Shown in pieces: positions 52,598-64,000 of a stretch of DNA of 64,000 nt (position 1 is the first letter of the stretch; every line of letters starts with the position of its first letter). This DNA comes from the human T2T-CHM13v2.0 reference genome, Homo sapiens. Below the pieces are notes generated by a model. It did not search any database, was not told the DNA's origin, and saw only the letters and a program-made list of their open reading frames with translations. The stretch lies in assembly GCF_009914755.1 (NCBI RefSeq), contig NC_060925.1; one strand, written 5' to 3'. A program made the position numbers and the translations under genes.

Positions 52598-52949
52598 TTC
52601 TTTTCGAAAGCAGCTCCACCAGCAAAAGGTAGGAGGAAAGCGAGGAAACCATTCCAAAAGTCTTGGTTAACTCTTGGGTGAAAGGACGCCAAATGAGATG
52701 ATCTAAGAAGCCTCAAGGAAAGAAAGACAGACAGACAGGCACAGGAAAATCACAGCAACTCTTTGGACTGCAAACACCAACACCACAGTCCAACCTACCA
52801 GAAATCCTGCTGTGAATTTGAGGCTTGTCCCGCTAGTCATGAGGTGATTCAGTGATGGCTACAAACGCTCCTTACGTGCATCCTGGACCTGGTACACCTG
52901 GCTTGCCCATCACCAGCCTGGAGACACCGCCAGGAGCACAATCCCTGAG

Positions 52950-53930
52950 GCCAATAAAGACCCCAGCTTTGCAAGTCAGGGGCGCGAGCACTCTTGCCCC
53001 TCAGGTTCCCAGAAGAAACCGCCACGAGGGTGGGGTGCGGGGTCAGTGTGCTCCACAGGACTTCCGAGGACGTGCCCCCCAAGCTGCTCCGTTCCTCCAC
53101 CCCCTGGGATGCCACAGAACACCCGCCAGCGAGTTTCTTCCCCAGCGCCCATGAGAGGAGGCTGCGGGCGGCAGCCGCAAGCGAGGAATCCAGCGCAGGG
53201 AAAGTAGCCCCGGTGGGGCCCGGCGCGTCAGCCCCACTCGCGTGGCAAAACTTGCGGGGGCCCCCGCGTGCCGCGCCTCAGCCCAGCTGTGCGCCCGCAG
53301 GTCCCAGACTCGCCGCCCGCCTGACCTGGCGCGGCGCCCTCACCTCGGAACGCTGGGTGGACTTCGCAGTAAACCTTAACTTCCCATCCAGGCGGCAGCG
53401 GCGCGGTGCCTCGGCTTCGCTCCTGGCACCGCAGGTCGCCCGTTCCGCGTTCCCAAAAGCATCAGGCTCACTTAGAAGCTCAGGCAGCCTCGCGACCCTC
53501 ACCTACCCCTCCCAGCACCGCCGCTGTCTCTACCGCCGCCCAGCGCAGGCGTAGCAGAGACTTAAAAGGACACGGCCGCCTCTACCGCACAACGGGTTGG
53601 AGCAGGTTAGGGGCCGCAGGGGCTGAGAAAACGAGTAACGGAGGACAGAGTGCAGTGGGGACGGGGAAATCCCTCTCCTCCCCCTCTTTTTCAAAGCACC
53701 AGCCCTTGACCCTGCAATTCGCTGATTTCCCCGGCCACTGGAAGCGCCCCTGCCAGGTTAAAGAGGCGGGAGACACACCCCCTCTGGAGCCGGGAGCTAC
53801 CGGGCGTTTAGGACTCCAGGCCTCGCCCTTCCGCACCGCCCCAAAGTCTGACTTGCAGGCTCGGGCCGCAGACCCGCAGGCTTCAGAAGGCAGCCCCAGC
53901 TCCCCCGAGAGGTGGCCTTAGGTCACTCGC
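52950..53930. promoter_or_regulatory. CpG-island promoter of the NBPF locus (EVI5-derived type)
   Basis: Dense CpG and GC content around exon 1; NBPF1-type promoters are known to derive from EVI5; homology not computed. Confidence 0.75.
53344..53550 (-). pseudogene. NBPF non-coding first exon (two alternative donors)
   Basis: GAG|GTGAGG at 53344/53343 and TAG|GTGAGG at 53503/53502 inside the CpG island; 5' end approximate. Confidence 0.7.
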
Positions 53931-55234
53931 AAAAACAGTAACCAACGTGTCGATGGCACTTGTATTTTCTAATTTAAATTTATAACACATTTCGCAGATG
54001 GGCTTCCACTGAAATAAGCCTTTGAGAAAAAGAAAAACTTTTTTTTTTCAACAAGATTAGGAAATACCAAGACATACGAAGTAAAGCCATGCCGTCCACC
54101 CAGCTAAAAACTTTGAAAACTTGAAATTTTATCTAAGGCAAATGTTTGCATAACTTTAGGTCGTGCCATTATTTAAAGTAAATTTCAATTAACAATATCT
54201 TTTGCAATTGAATCCATCTTCTATAAGAAAACTAAGATACATCCCTGATAATCTACCTCTCCCCTCCTGTATTCCATCCATCAGCAAATCCTACTGGTTT
54301 TTACCTTCCAAATTTTCCTTGAATCTGTCCTCTTCTGTCTCCTCCATCACCACCCTAGTCTAGGCTACCTTCACCTGGGGAGTGGGGGTGGAGGGACTAC
54401 TGACCTAGTCTCCCTGTGGTTTACCCATATCCCCTTTATCGCCTCTCTAATCTCAACACAACAGGCAGAGTGGCTTTTTCAAAATATAATGTGAACCCTG
54501 TCACTTCCCAGCCCAAACCACTTAAGCACCTTCCCATTCTCTTAGACAAAACCTCCTAACTAACCAAGCCCTGAATGGCCAGGCACCTTGCCCACCTCTC
54601 CACCTCTTCTCACAGGTCAGACCAATTCCATTCTTTTCTCTCTGCTCCAGCCAAACTGGCCTCTTTTATTGCCTATTTACCCAGCTTCCTGGACTCCACA
54701 GAGCTTTTGCTCATGCTTTGCTCTGTGCCTGAAGATTCTTCCAACCCTCATCATTCTGACAACAGCTGTAGTCTCCACCTCTGAGAGGCAACTTCTGACC
54801 TCCCTACAGTGGTCCCTTACTCTTATCACATTGCATAAAACTGTAATCGAGTGGTTATGTTGGGGAATTTTTTACCATCAGCTCCATAAGTCCAGGATTT
54901 GGTTTTGTTTGGCTCATGCTTGTATTTCCACATTTGTGAAATACATATTTGTTCATAAATGAGAACGATCGATGTTAGAAGTTGAAGTAAATTTGGCATA
55001 AAGTCAGAGAAAGGTAAAATGTCACAATCTAATATTTAGAGTCAGAATCTAAAAACTTCAGTTATATTAAAACTGATTTTGTATCATTTTAGGCTGGGTT
55101 GTCGCAGGGATTCTTTGGGTAATCTTTAAAACTGAGTTCTCAGAGAGCATTGTATAAACACCTGAATTAATAATGATAGCCATGGGATGGTCCACATAAA
55201 ACTAATAATATTGGTTGCTTCAAGGGAGGAAGAC

Positions 55235-55530
55235 CAAGCCAGGAACAGTGGCTCATGCCTGTAATCCAAGCACTTTGGGAGGCCAAGGCCGACAGATCAT
55301 TTGAGCTCAGGAGTTTGACATTAGCCTGGGCAACTTCGTGAGTCCCTGTCTCTACACAAAATATAAGCAAAATTAGCTGGGCTTGGTGGACACCTGTAGT
55401 CCCAGCTATTTGGGAGGTTGAGGTGGGAGGATTGCTTGAGCCCAGAAGGTTGAGAGGCTGCAGTGAGCCATGATCATGCCACTGCACTCCAGCCTGGATG
55501 ACAGAGCAAGATCCTGTCAAAAAAAAAAAG
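55235..55530 (+). mobile_element. AluJ
   Basis: Alu consensus motifs. Confidence 0.88.
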
Positions 55531-56299
55531 AGAGAGAGGGAAAGAATCTTGACTGGTGGCTACTGGTGGGAAGGAGGTTTTTACTACATCCCCAATTGGA
55601 CCTTTTTATTTTAAAGTATCTGAAGATAAATAAATGACACAAAAGAGTGCATACCATCCCATTTATTTGAAATTCCAGAAAAGGCAAAATTAATCTGTGG
55701 TGAGAAAATCATAACAGCAGTTCCTTCTAGCAGGGGATTCACTGGGAAGGTACACAAGAGAAATTTCTGGGTGCTAAAAATGGTCTGTCTTGATAGGGGT
55801 ATGAATTACTTAAGTGTATTCTTTCATCAAAAACATTCAGTTAACATTCAATGAATGTAAATGTTACCTTAAAAACTATAAACATAATTAAAAATTTAAA
55901 ATCTGGTCGCTAACACCTGGTTGAGCGCTCAGTGTGTATGGGGATTGGCCAAAGCTATAAATACACAATTTTGTTTAGTCCTCATACTGTCCTCTCAAGG
56001 TAAGTATTATTATCATAATCCCCTTGCATATGAAGAAGCCCAAATTTAGTAAATACTAAATAACTTGCCTTACTTTATGCCACCTGGAAAATGGGGAAAG
56101 AGCTTTGAAAACCATCAGTCAAATGCCAGAAGTTATTAAACATTAGACCCTATAACACTTCTCTGAAATTGTAATATTTTTGGCATATATATATATATAT
56201 ATATAACTCATCTACTAGATCAAGAGCTTCAGAATGATTGAAATCATAGTTTGTGTTTTGTTTGTTTGAGGTTTATGTGTTTATTTTATGTCATTATTT

Positions 56300-56727
<428 letters not shown>

Positions 56728-57352
56728 ATTTTGTCTTAAGTTTCTAAGCAGTCCCAACACTGCACAGTAGCTGTTCAATGTATTTTGAGTGAATGTTTAA
56801 AAACAAGCTTGGTGTTGATTTTATTGCTACAATTTATATTTACATATGTAATATTTATATTATATGCTTTCTATATATTTATATGTGTGTATGTATATAA
56901 TTGGCACCAACTTAGCATTGCTGTGCTTAAGTGCCTGAGATGTATCTCAAATGAATAGGCCTGAGGAGAGAAGCTTGTGTCATTAGCTCTGACCCTGCAG
57001 CACTAATCCTTATTTACCCCTTTCTTTCACTCACCCTGAGCACATAAATATTTATTTGGTGAAAGAGCTTACACTTTAACATCGCACTGAAATAGCTCAT
57101 TCCAAAGAAAGAGCTAATTCTAACCTCTCACAAGTGCTTGAGCATTTGCATAAGTGAAATTTCACTGTGTGAGTTTCACCCAACACCACCTCTGCTCCAG
57201 CTCCTGCTACTCTACTGCTCATACCATGGAACTCCACAGGTGGAGTAGAAGATGGAGGATGCACGATGCAGTACACAGCAGCATCCTCCTCAGAGAGAGT
57301 TTTATTTGCAGTAAATTCAGTGTGCAATAGGCAAAGCAACGAAGAGTCAAGG

Positions 57353-59101
57353 TGAGGCAGGAGAGCAGCAGAGGGAAGTGGAAGTTGGATAAAGAGTGAA
57401 CTGAGTAGGAGCAGAAGCAGGTTAAAAAGGTGGGTGAGCCTAGAAGAAAACCTAGGCAATACCATTCAGGACATAGGCATGGGCAAGGACTTCATGTCTA
57501 AAACACCAAAAGCAATGGCAACAAAAGCCAAAATAGACAACTGAGATCTAATTAAAACAAAGACTTTCTGCACAGCAAAAAAAAAAAATATATATATATA
57601 TATCATCAGAGTGAACAGGCAACCTACAGAATGGGAGAAAACTTTTGCAATCTACTCATCTGACAAAGGGCTAATATCCAGAATCTAGAAAGAACTCAAC
57701 AAACTTACAAGAAAAAAACAAACAACCCCATCAAAAACTGGGCAAAGGATATGAACAGACACTTCTCAAAAGAAGACATTTATGCAGCCAACAGACACAT
57801 GAAAAAATGCTCATCATCACTTGTCATCAGAGAAACACAAATCAAAACCACAATGAGATACCATCTCACACCAGTTAGAATGGCAATCATTAAAAAGTCA
57901 GGAAACAACAGGTGCCGGAGAGGATGTGGAGAAATAGGAATACTTTTGCACTGTTGGTGGGACTGTAAACTAGTTCAACCATTGTGAAAGACAGTGTGGC
58001 AATTCCTCAAGGATCTAGAACTAGAAATACTATTTGACCCAGCCAACCCATTACTGGGTATATACCCAAAGGATTATAAATCATCCTGCTATAAAGACAC
58101 ATGCACACGTATGTTTATTGTGGTACTATTCACAATAGCAAAGACTTGGAACCAACCTAAATGTCCATCAGTGATAGACTGGATTAAGAAAATGTGGCAC
58201 ATATACACCATGGAATACTATGCAGCCATAAAAAAGGATGATTTCATGTCCTTCGTAGGGACATGGATGAAGCTGGAAACCATCATTCTCACAAAAAACC
58301 AAACACCGCATGTTCTCACTCACAGGTGGGAATTGAGCACTAAGAACCCTTGGACACAGGAAGGGGAACATCACACGCCGGGGCCTGTCATGAGGTGGGG
58401 GGAGGGGGGAGGGATAGCATTAGGAGATATACCTAAGTAAATGACGAGTTAATGGGTGCAGCACACGAACATGGCACATGTATACATATGTGACAAACCT
58501 GTACATTGTGAACATGTACCCTAGAACTTCATTAAAAAAAAAAAGGTGGGTGAGCAAGAAGCAAGATAAGCAGAAGTTGAGCAGCGAAAACAAAAGTGAG
58601 ATGGAGTAGTGAGTAAAAGCTTATGGCTGGCAGGATCCAGAGCAAACCAGTAAGAGGCAGCTCCTCAGAGATAGGCATGGGTATGGGAGAGAAAAAGTAG
58701 GCTTAAAATGACCCCGTATGATAATCAGCTCATTAAAGCTAATGCATATGGACTGCATATCATGGGTGTACTTAAAATTATGGGATGGAGGTGACCGGGA
58801 AGCACACTGGGGCCAAATAACTAAGCAACCCACCTATCAATCAGAAGGCACATGCTGGGTAGAGATTAGGCAGCCCCAGGAAAAGGAGAAAAAATATATA
58901 TATAAAAAGACCCAAAGCCCAAAGTTCACCAAACTGATGCTGATCTCATTTTGCAGAAGTTAGCCTGTTCTCCCCTCTCTGAGAGTGTTACTGTGCTTAA
59001 TAAGTCTTTTGCTGCTTTGCTACATGTGTGTGTGTGTGTCACAGCCAATTCTTTGTTTGAGACACCAAGAACCTGGGACTTCACAACACCAGCCAGTAAC
59101 A
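57353..59101 (+). mobile_element. Solo ERV1-class LTR (MER51-like) interrupted by an L1
   Basis: TGAGGCAGGAG start, GTAACA end, near-TSD aagg/aaga, TATAAAAA box; family name from recall. Confidence 0.7.
57440..58539 (+). mobile_element. 5'-truncated L1PA (ORF2 C-terminus plus 3' UTR)
   Basis: [24 protein letters not shown] and other ORF2 peptides; 16-bp TSD aaaaaggtgggtgagc at 57424-39 and 58540-55. Confidence 0.95.
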
Positions 59102-59164
59102 AAGATATGTAAGCTTGGGAGGGAGGAAAGAAAGAAGGGAGCAAGAGGAGATTCAGACATGAGA

Positions 59165-59237
59165 TGCATTCACCCTATGAGTTGAACCCCAGTCTCCAGC
59201 GTGGGAGTTGGCAATTCTATTACTGAACCATCAATGC
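59165..59237 (-). tRNA. tRNA-Gly(CCC) pseudogene
   Basis: Minus strand GCATTGATGGTTCAGTAATAGAATT...CTCCCACGC...GGTTCAACTC...AATGCA; D-loop GG lost, stems disrupted. Confidence 0.8.
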
Positions 59238-60095
59238 TCCATGTGGTATAACCTCTCATGATTTTTGTTTGTTTGTTTTGTTTTGTTTTGCTTTGTTTTT
59301 TCAAAAAGAGAATCTCTGGTGGTATAGGCAGGCATGAGGGGTCAGGGAGGATGGAGGTGGGAAAGTTCTATAATAGGCTGACACAGATATTTTTGGAAAA
59401 CAGAGCTAACAAAGCAACAGGCACTTGAAGCAAAGGCTTGCCCTAAACCTTCCACTGTTTGCCAAGGGAAGAAATTTTGGAGTCAAATTTTCACTTTCTC
59501 TCTTGTGTAGATCTCTGTAAGACATAAAAGTTTGGATGACAGTCATTTTGATTCTTGGACTTTACTAGAGACTCCAAAGACGCATCTGAGGAGAAAAGCT
59601 CTGGGTCCCTGGGATGACTGTGCCACTCGACATAGCCTCCTGGAGTGGCCAAAGAGAGTGTGGTTGAAAAAAGAAATATTGGAGTGAACTTTCACTCACT
59701 CCCACTTTTGTAGGTTTCTTAAAAACATGAGTTTAGAAACAAGATACTGGGCTTTTTCAAATGACTCAAAAGAGGTGTAGATGAAGAGAAGCTCGATCAT
59801 CCCACAGATCTTTTGGAGTAACCTGGACACATCCCTAAATCTCCAGCTCCTGGGTCTTTGAAAGCCAGTTTGTCTCAGGGTTGGGAGGCAAGTGTTTGGA
59901 AAGCACCAAGGCAGGAGTTGGCAAAAAGGTTACCTCATCAGTGAAGAAATGAAATTTCCAGAAGTTTTCACCAGATCTGGGACCAGAGACAAAGGCCTGG
60001 ATGAATTTCCTATGCAAACCTTTTTTAGAACCTCTGTTTCAGAGTTCTTCCAGAGACTCTTCAAAATTAGATCTGGTGAAACCGCTGCTGGTGGT

Positions 60096-60164
60096 GGATT
60101 GGTAGTTCAGCAGCAGAATTTTTTTCTCCCACGCGGGAGACTCGGTCCGACTCGCGGCCATGCA
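60096..60164 (+). tRNA. tRNA-Gly(CCC) pseudogene
   Basis: GGATTGGTAGTTCAGCAGCAGAATT...CTCCCACGCGGGAGAC...GGCCATGCA; internal T7 run, degenerate B box. Confidence 0.8.
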
Positions 60165-61595
60165 GGCCTTCTTACCCTTCAGGCAGGAAGGGCTACTACC
60201 TTTCTACCCAACAAAGTTATTATATTACCCAGGCTGTACTGCATTTATGGACCTTGGTCGTGGCAGCTACAAGTTAACCTGAGGGGCGTGCCACCTCTGG
60301 AGCATTCTCTGTGCTCGAACTAATCCCGGGATTTACAGTTCCTGTGCTCGAAGCCTGTCCTTGAAAGTGAGGAGTGTTTCCAGTAGGTTGCTGTAGTTTT
60401 CAATACTGGGAATTAAAACCTTTGCTACTTTCATCTAGTCTCCGGGGCAAACCCCTGGGTAACCCAAAGGCCATCAGACGGATTCGCGTGCTGGGCTTTC
60501 CACTACCTTAGGCCACGTGTCACTATGGAGCGAAGATCAAGAAGGTCCCGGAAGGAGAGAAGCTGCGGGGTCCAGGGAGACTTTTTGGTGGTTGGTCGGA
60601 GAGGCTTCAGCTGCCCAAGGAAAAGGGAAGCGTGTGGGGAGGTATCCGCATAGAGATGAGGGCCTCGGCGGAGACAGTCTCACGCAGAGGTATGCCACCT
60701 TGGCATCTGCGCCTTCCGTGGGCCAGTGGGTCTTCCGGGAGGGATTCTGTGTCCCTGGTATTGTGTGTCAACAGGTGTTAGCCTGATAGTTATATTTTTA
60801 ATGAGAGAAAACGAACTACAGAATTTGCGAGTTTTGTTTTTTTTCTGGTTTTGCTTTATACCTCTTGGATTCTCCTTCCAAAGGATTCCGATCTGAGGGG
60901 CATTGGGGTGTGACTATGGTAGACAAGGAGTGGTGAATTTTCATCCAAAAATCTTTGGCGGATTCCCTTGCTCTCCCGCTCCCCAGTCTAACAGTAGTTT
61001 AAAACAGAAGATCAGCAACATTTGGAGAGTTTTTTTTTTCTCTGCATTCTGATGATAAACTTGATTTATTCAATTCCAAAAATTTCTTTATTCTGAGGTT
61101 GTCTTTCTATATTTTGAGTATAAAACCATGGCCATACAATGTTGGACCCACCAAGGTTCTTCTCTTCACTTGTTTATTTGTACAGTCTCTTTGTAATCTC
61201 AGAATTTCTTGAGTAAACTGGGAACTGTTATACATAATTCTGTGTTTTTGAGCATTCTTTGTAAACAGGAATCAGGATTGGGGGTGGGGAAGGAGGGAGG
61301 AGTGGGAGTGCTGATTTGTGTAACGGAAAAATCATAGATTACTTATGTGATGGGGCAAAGGTTTTAAAAACTCTTAGTGTCCTCAGATTTCCCCTTATAC
61401 TATTTGCTGAAGAAAATCATGTCCTTGACTCCCTTCCTTACCCTCTCCTGGCAAGGGAAGGGGTCCCCTCCTGCCTCAGGGTCTCTGTCCTCCTGGGGTT
61501 AGGAGAAGCGCATCCAACTCCCTCTCCAAGTGCTGGAGAGGAGGCTAAGTCTTTCCCATGGGCTGGGGGCTTTGCTGTCCCAAGGACGGCTGGGG

Positions 61596-61642
61596 AGGAA
61601 GAGGAGGCAGAGGCGGAAGAGGAGGCAGAGGCGGAAGAGGAA
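61596..61642 (+). repeat. 18-bp tandem repeat GAGGAGGCAGAGGCGGAA (about 2.5 copies)
   Basis: Direct inspection. Confidence 0.85.
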
Positions 61643-63391
61643 GCCGGCTGAGATTTGTGAAGCAGCTCTTGCTACCGCGGGTAGGAGAGGGCGCGCGGGA
61701 CCCAAGAGCCTCCGTGCGGAGCCAGGCCTCAGGAGCAGCCGCCTTGGTCCTGGAAGGGATGCCTCCCTCCATCCTGTCTCCAAAGAATGTAGGGAGACCT
61801 TCTCACCCGGTGGGAAAGCGACGTCTCCCATGCTTTCCCACCACGGACGCCTTATGTCCCTTTTCCTGCTAGTGTCTGACCGCCAGCCTGCGGGGGCTGC
61901 GGCTGCAACGGTTCCAAGCTGGGTGGAGGCTGCCTGCCCGCGAGCCAAGAGCCACGCTAGGAGGCAGGAGTCGGGAAGTCGTGTGCAGGCCCGGAGGAGA
62001 CTCAAGCTACGGGTCAGGCTTTTTTGCCAATTGCCAAATTCAGCGTGTAAAACAGAGAGCTCACATCTGTCTGTTTGTAAGCTTCGGTGAGAACAACAAG
62101 GAAGGCCCTCAAGATCCCTAGGAGGGCGGCGAAGGGTCTCTGGCGAAGGGTCACCGCGTCGGCGGTGAGCCAAGGTATGTCAGGAGAGAGTGCGAACCCA
62201 GCCCCCGGGTAGCACGAACACCACCGCAGACAAGGGCCCCGCTTGTGGGGAAATCGCAGAGCCAGTGCAGCCGCAGTGCGGTGGACTAGCCTCATCCAGG
62301 GAGAACCCCCTTCCTGACCACGGTCTGTCCCCCGCCAGGTAAGAGGAGAGGAGGGACAGTACAGCCTCCTGTCCCGTAGCCGCAGGCTCAGGGTCACCAC
62401 CTTCCCCTCTGCTTGGCCGGCGCCATTCTTCCAAACCACTCTCCGCCAAAGATTCCACGGACAGTCACCTACAAGACAACCCAGCCGTCCTTTCAGCAGC
62501 GGATCCCGCCCCGCAGCCACCGCGCCCTCTCACCCCAGCGCTTCTACCCACCGCCTCTGCCCAGTCTGTGCACTTCACCTCCCTCGCCCCGGCTCCCCTC
62601 TGAGCTTACAGTGGACAGGGGGTTCGTCCCCAACCCTTCTTGGGAATACTGAATAGAAAAGGGAGGAGCGTGCGCAATTCCTTGGTAGTGTGTAGACGGA
62701 CATTGTGGGATTTGACTGTGGTACCATCGCTTTGACGTCCTAGTGATTTTTACACCTGCCTTCTGCTTAGAACACCGGCCACAGTTTTCCATTTGTGTCT
62801 ACTCCACCTGCTGTCTTTGTTGGATAAGTGAACATCGTCCCCCTCTACCACTCAATCAACAAAAGGGCGGTCCTGGAGGACCTCACCCGCCGCTCACCTG
62901 CTGCTCACCCCCCTCCCAACCTTGCGGACATCGCCTCCGGTCGCCTCTTCGTAAGGCCTAAGAAGCACGTTAGCTGCGAACGGAGGTGAGGAGGCTCAGC
63001 TGACCGCCTGTGTCAGCTGACAACGTGTGACACGCACAAACGCCAGGACTTGGCTTGGCCTCTCTCTTAGTTATTTGCAGCTCTGCCCAATCGGCGCCTC
63101 CGGGACGGCGGAGACGGTGGGCTTCTTGGGTGCAGCTCCACGAAGGCTGGCATCCCTGCACAGCGGTGAACACCTGAGGGAGACGCTCAGTCTCTCTCTA
63201 AAGCAACTTCTGCGGATGACACGGAGATAAATAAGAGCAGTGTGTCATGAGAGGCCGTCCACCAGGACTTGCCCTCCTTTGCCAGGGTTTGCACCTAGCA
63301 GAGAGACTGTTCTGCCTCTGGCCCTTGGAGCAGGCTGGCTGACAGCGGAGTAAAGAAAAATTACTGCGGGTGTGCAGTCAGTGCAAAACAA

Positions 63392-63463
63392 TTCTCTGAC
63401 CGATAATTGAACCCGGGATGCGGTGGTGAAAGAGCTGAATCATAGCCACTAGACCAGCACGGG
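63392..63463 (-). tRNA. tRNA-Glu(TTC) pseudogene
   Basis: 72 nt: CCCGTGCTGGTCTAGTGGCTATGATTCAGCTCTTTCACCACCGCATCCCGGGTTCAATTATCGGTCAGAGAA; acceptor stem pairs at only 3 of 7 positions. Confidence 0.85.
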
Positions 63464-64000
63464 GGCACGGGAGGGTCTTTCTCAACCTTCTTGCCATATA
63501 AGTGACTGTTTCCCTGTGCGCTGGGAGGACTTGGGCCTTGTGGGGGTCGTTGGTCGCTCCTGGAGTCGTCTCACAAGGCCTTTCCCTCCCTCCTTTCTCC
63601 AAAAGAGGAGCCCGGAGGCGACGCACCCAGTACTCTGCGAGGCCCACCAAGGCCACGAGTCCCGAGTCCTGGAGCGAGTTGCAGCGTCCAGGCTGCACCT
63701 GACCACTGACCTAGAAATGTGCCTTTGCGAAGCGGCAGCGCATGGAGAAACAGTCGCTGGTGGCCAGGGCCAGAGTCGCGCACCGGGTAGCCAGAACAGG
63801 CAGGAGCGAGGAGGCTCCCGGGGTGAGAACGGGGCACCCCGCACATCATAAAGGACTCAGACCTTGGCAACCCCGACATCATAAAGGACTCACACGGATG
63901 TGGAAACCGAGACGAGCTGGATGGAAAACTTTCCAGGGGGGCTCCGGGGCCCTCAACTGCTCTCTGACCTTCCCCTGCAACCTGCGACACCTGCCATTTT

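Larger units (their letters stand above)
61590..64000. promoter_or_regulatory. CpG-rich region / possible CpG island
   Basis: Elevated GC and CpG outside any recognisable repeat; no gene identified. Confidence 0.55.

Noticed and set aside
52849-53921. Overlapping 100-186 aa ORFs in the CpG island
   Set aside because: Expected from GC bias; no recognisable domain
62615-62640. B-box-like GGTTCGTCCC
   Set aside because: No A box or cloverleaf could be built around it
61316-63990. ORFs up to 224 aa, including an EEEAEA repeat
   Set aside because: GC-rich sequence and minisatellite translation; no family match recognised

Overview
Hominoid (very probably human chromosome 1 segmental-duplication) genomic DNA, dominated by one minus-strand NBPF-family (Olduvai/DUF1220) unprocessed pseudogene spanning about 3.7-53.6 kb. 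I reconstructed 17 exons by hand from splice sites and exon sizes: a CpG-island first exon, an NBPF3-type second exon whose ATG is replaced by GTG, three coiled-coil exons and six Olduvai doublets (CON1, CON2, three HLS-like, CON3). It is inactivated by at least five stop codons, one frameshift and two GT>AT donor mutations. Architecture and neighbourhood best fit NBPF17P (from memory, unverified). Its introns hold a processed profilin-1 pseudogene, a full-length SVA with a short 3' transduction, a poly(A)-less internal L1 fragment with a target-site duplication (TSD), and many Alus, LTRs and old LINEs. Upstream (59-64 kb) lie three decayed tRNA genes (two Gly-CCC, one Glu-TTC) and a second CpG-rich region. 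I found no intact protein-coding gene and no convincing new biological system. The most interesting observations are the non-canonical Olduvai array order, the skewed distribution of inactivating lesions, and several unusual retrotransposition junctions.
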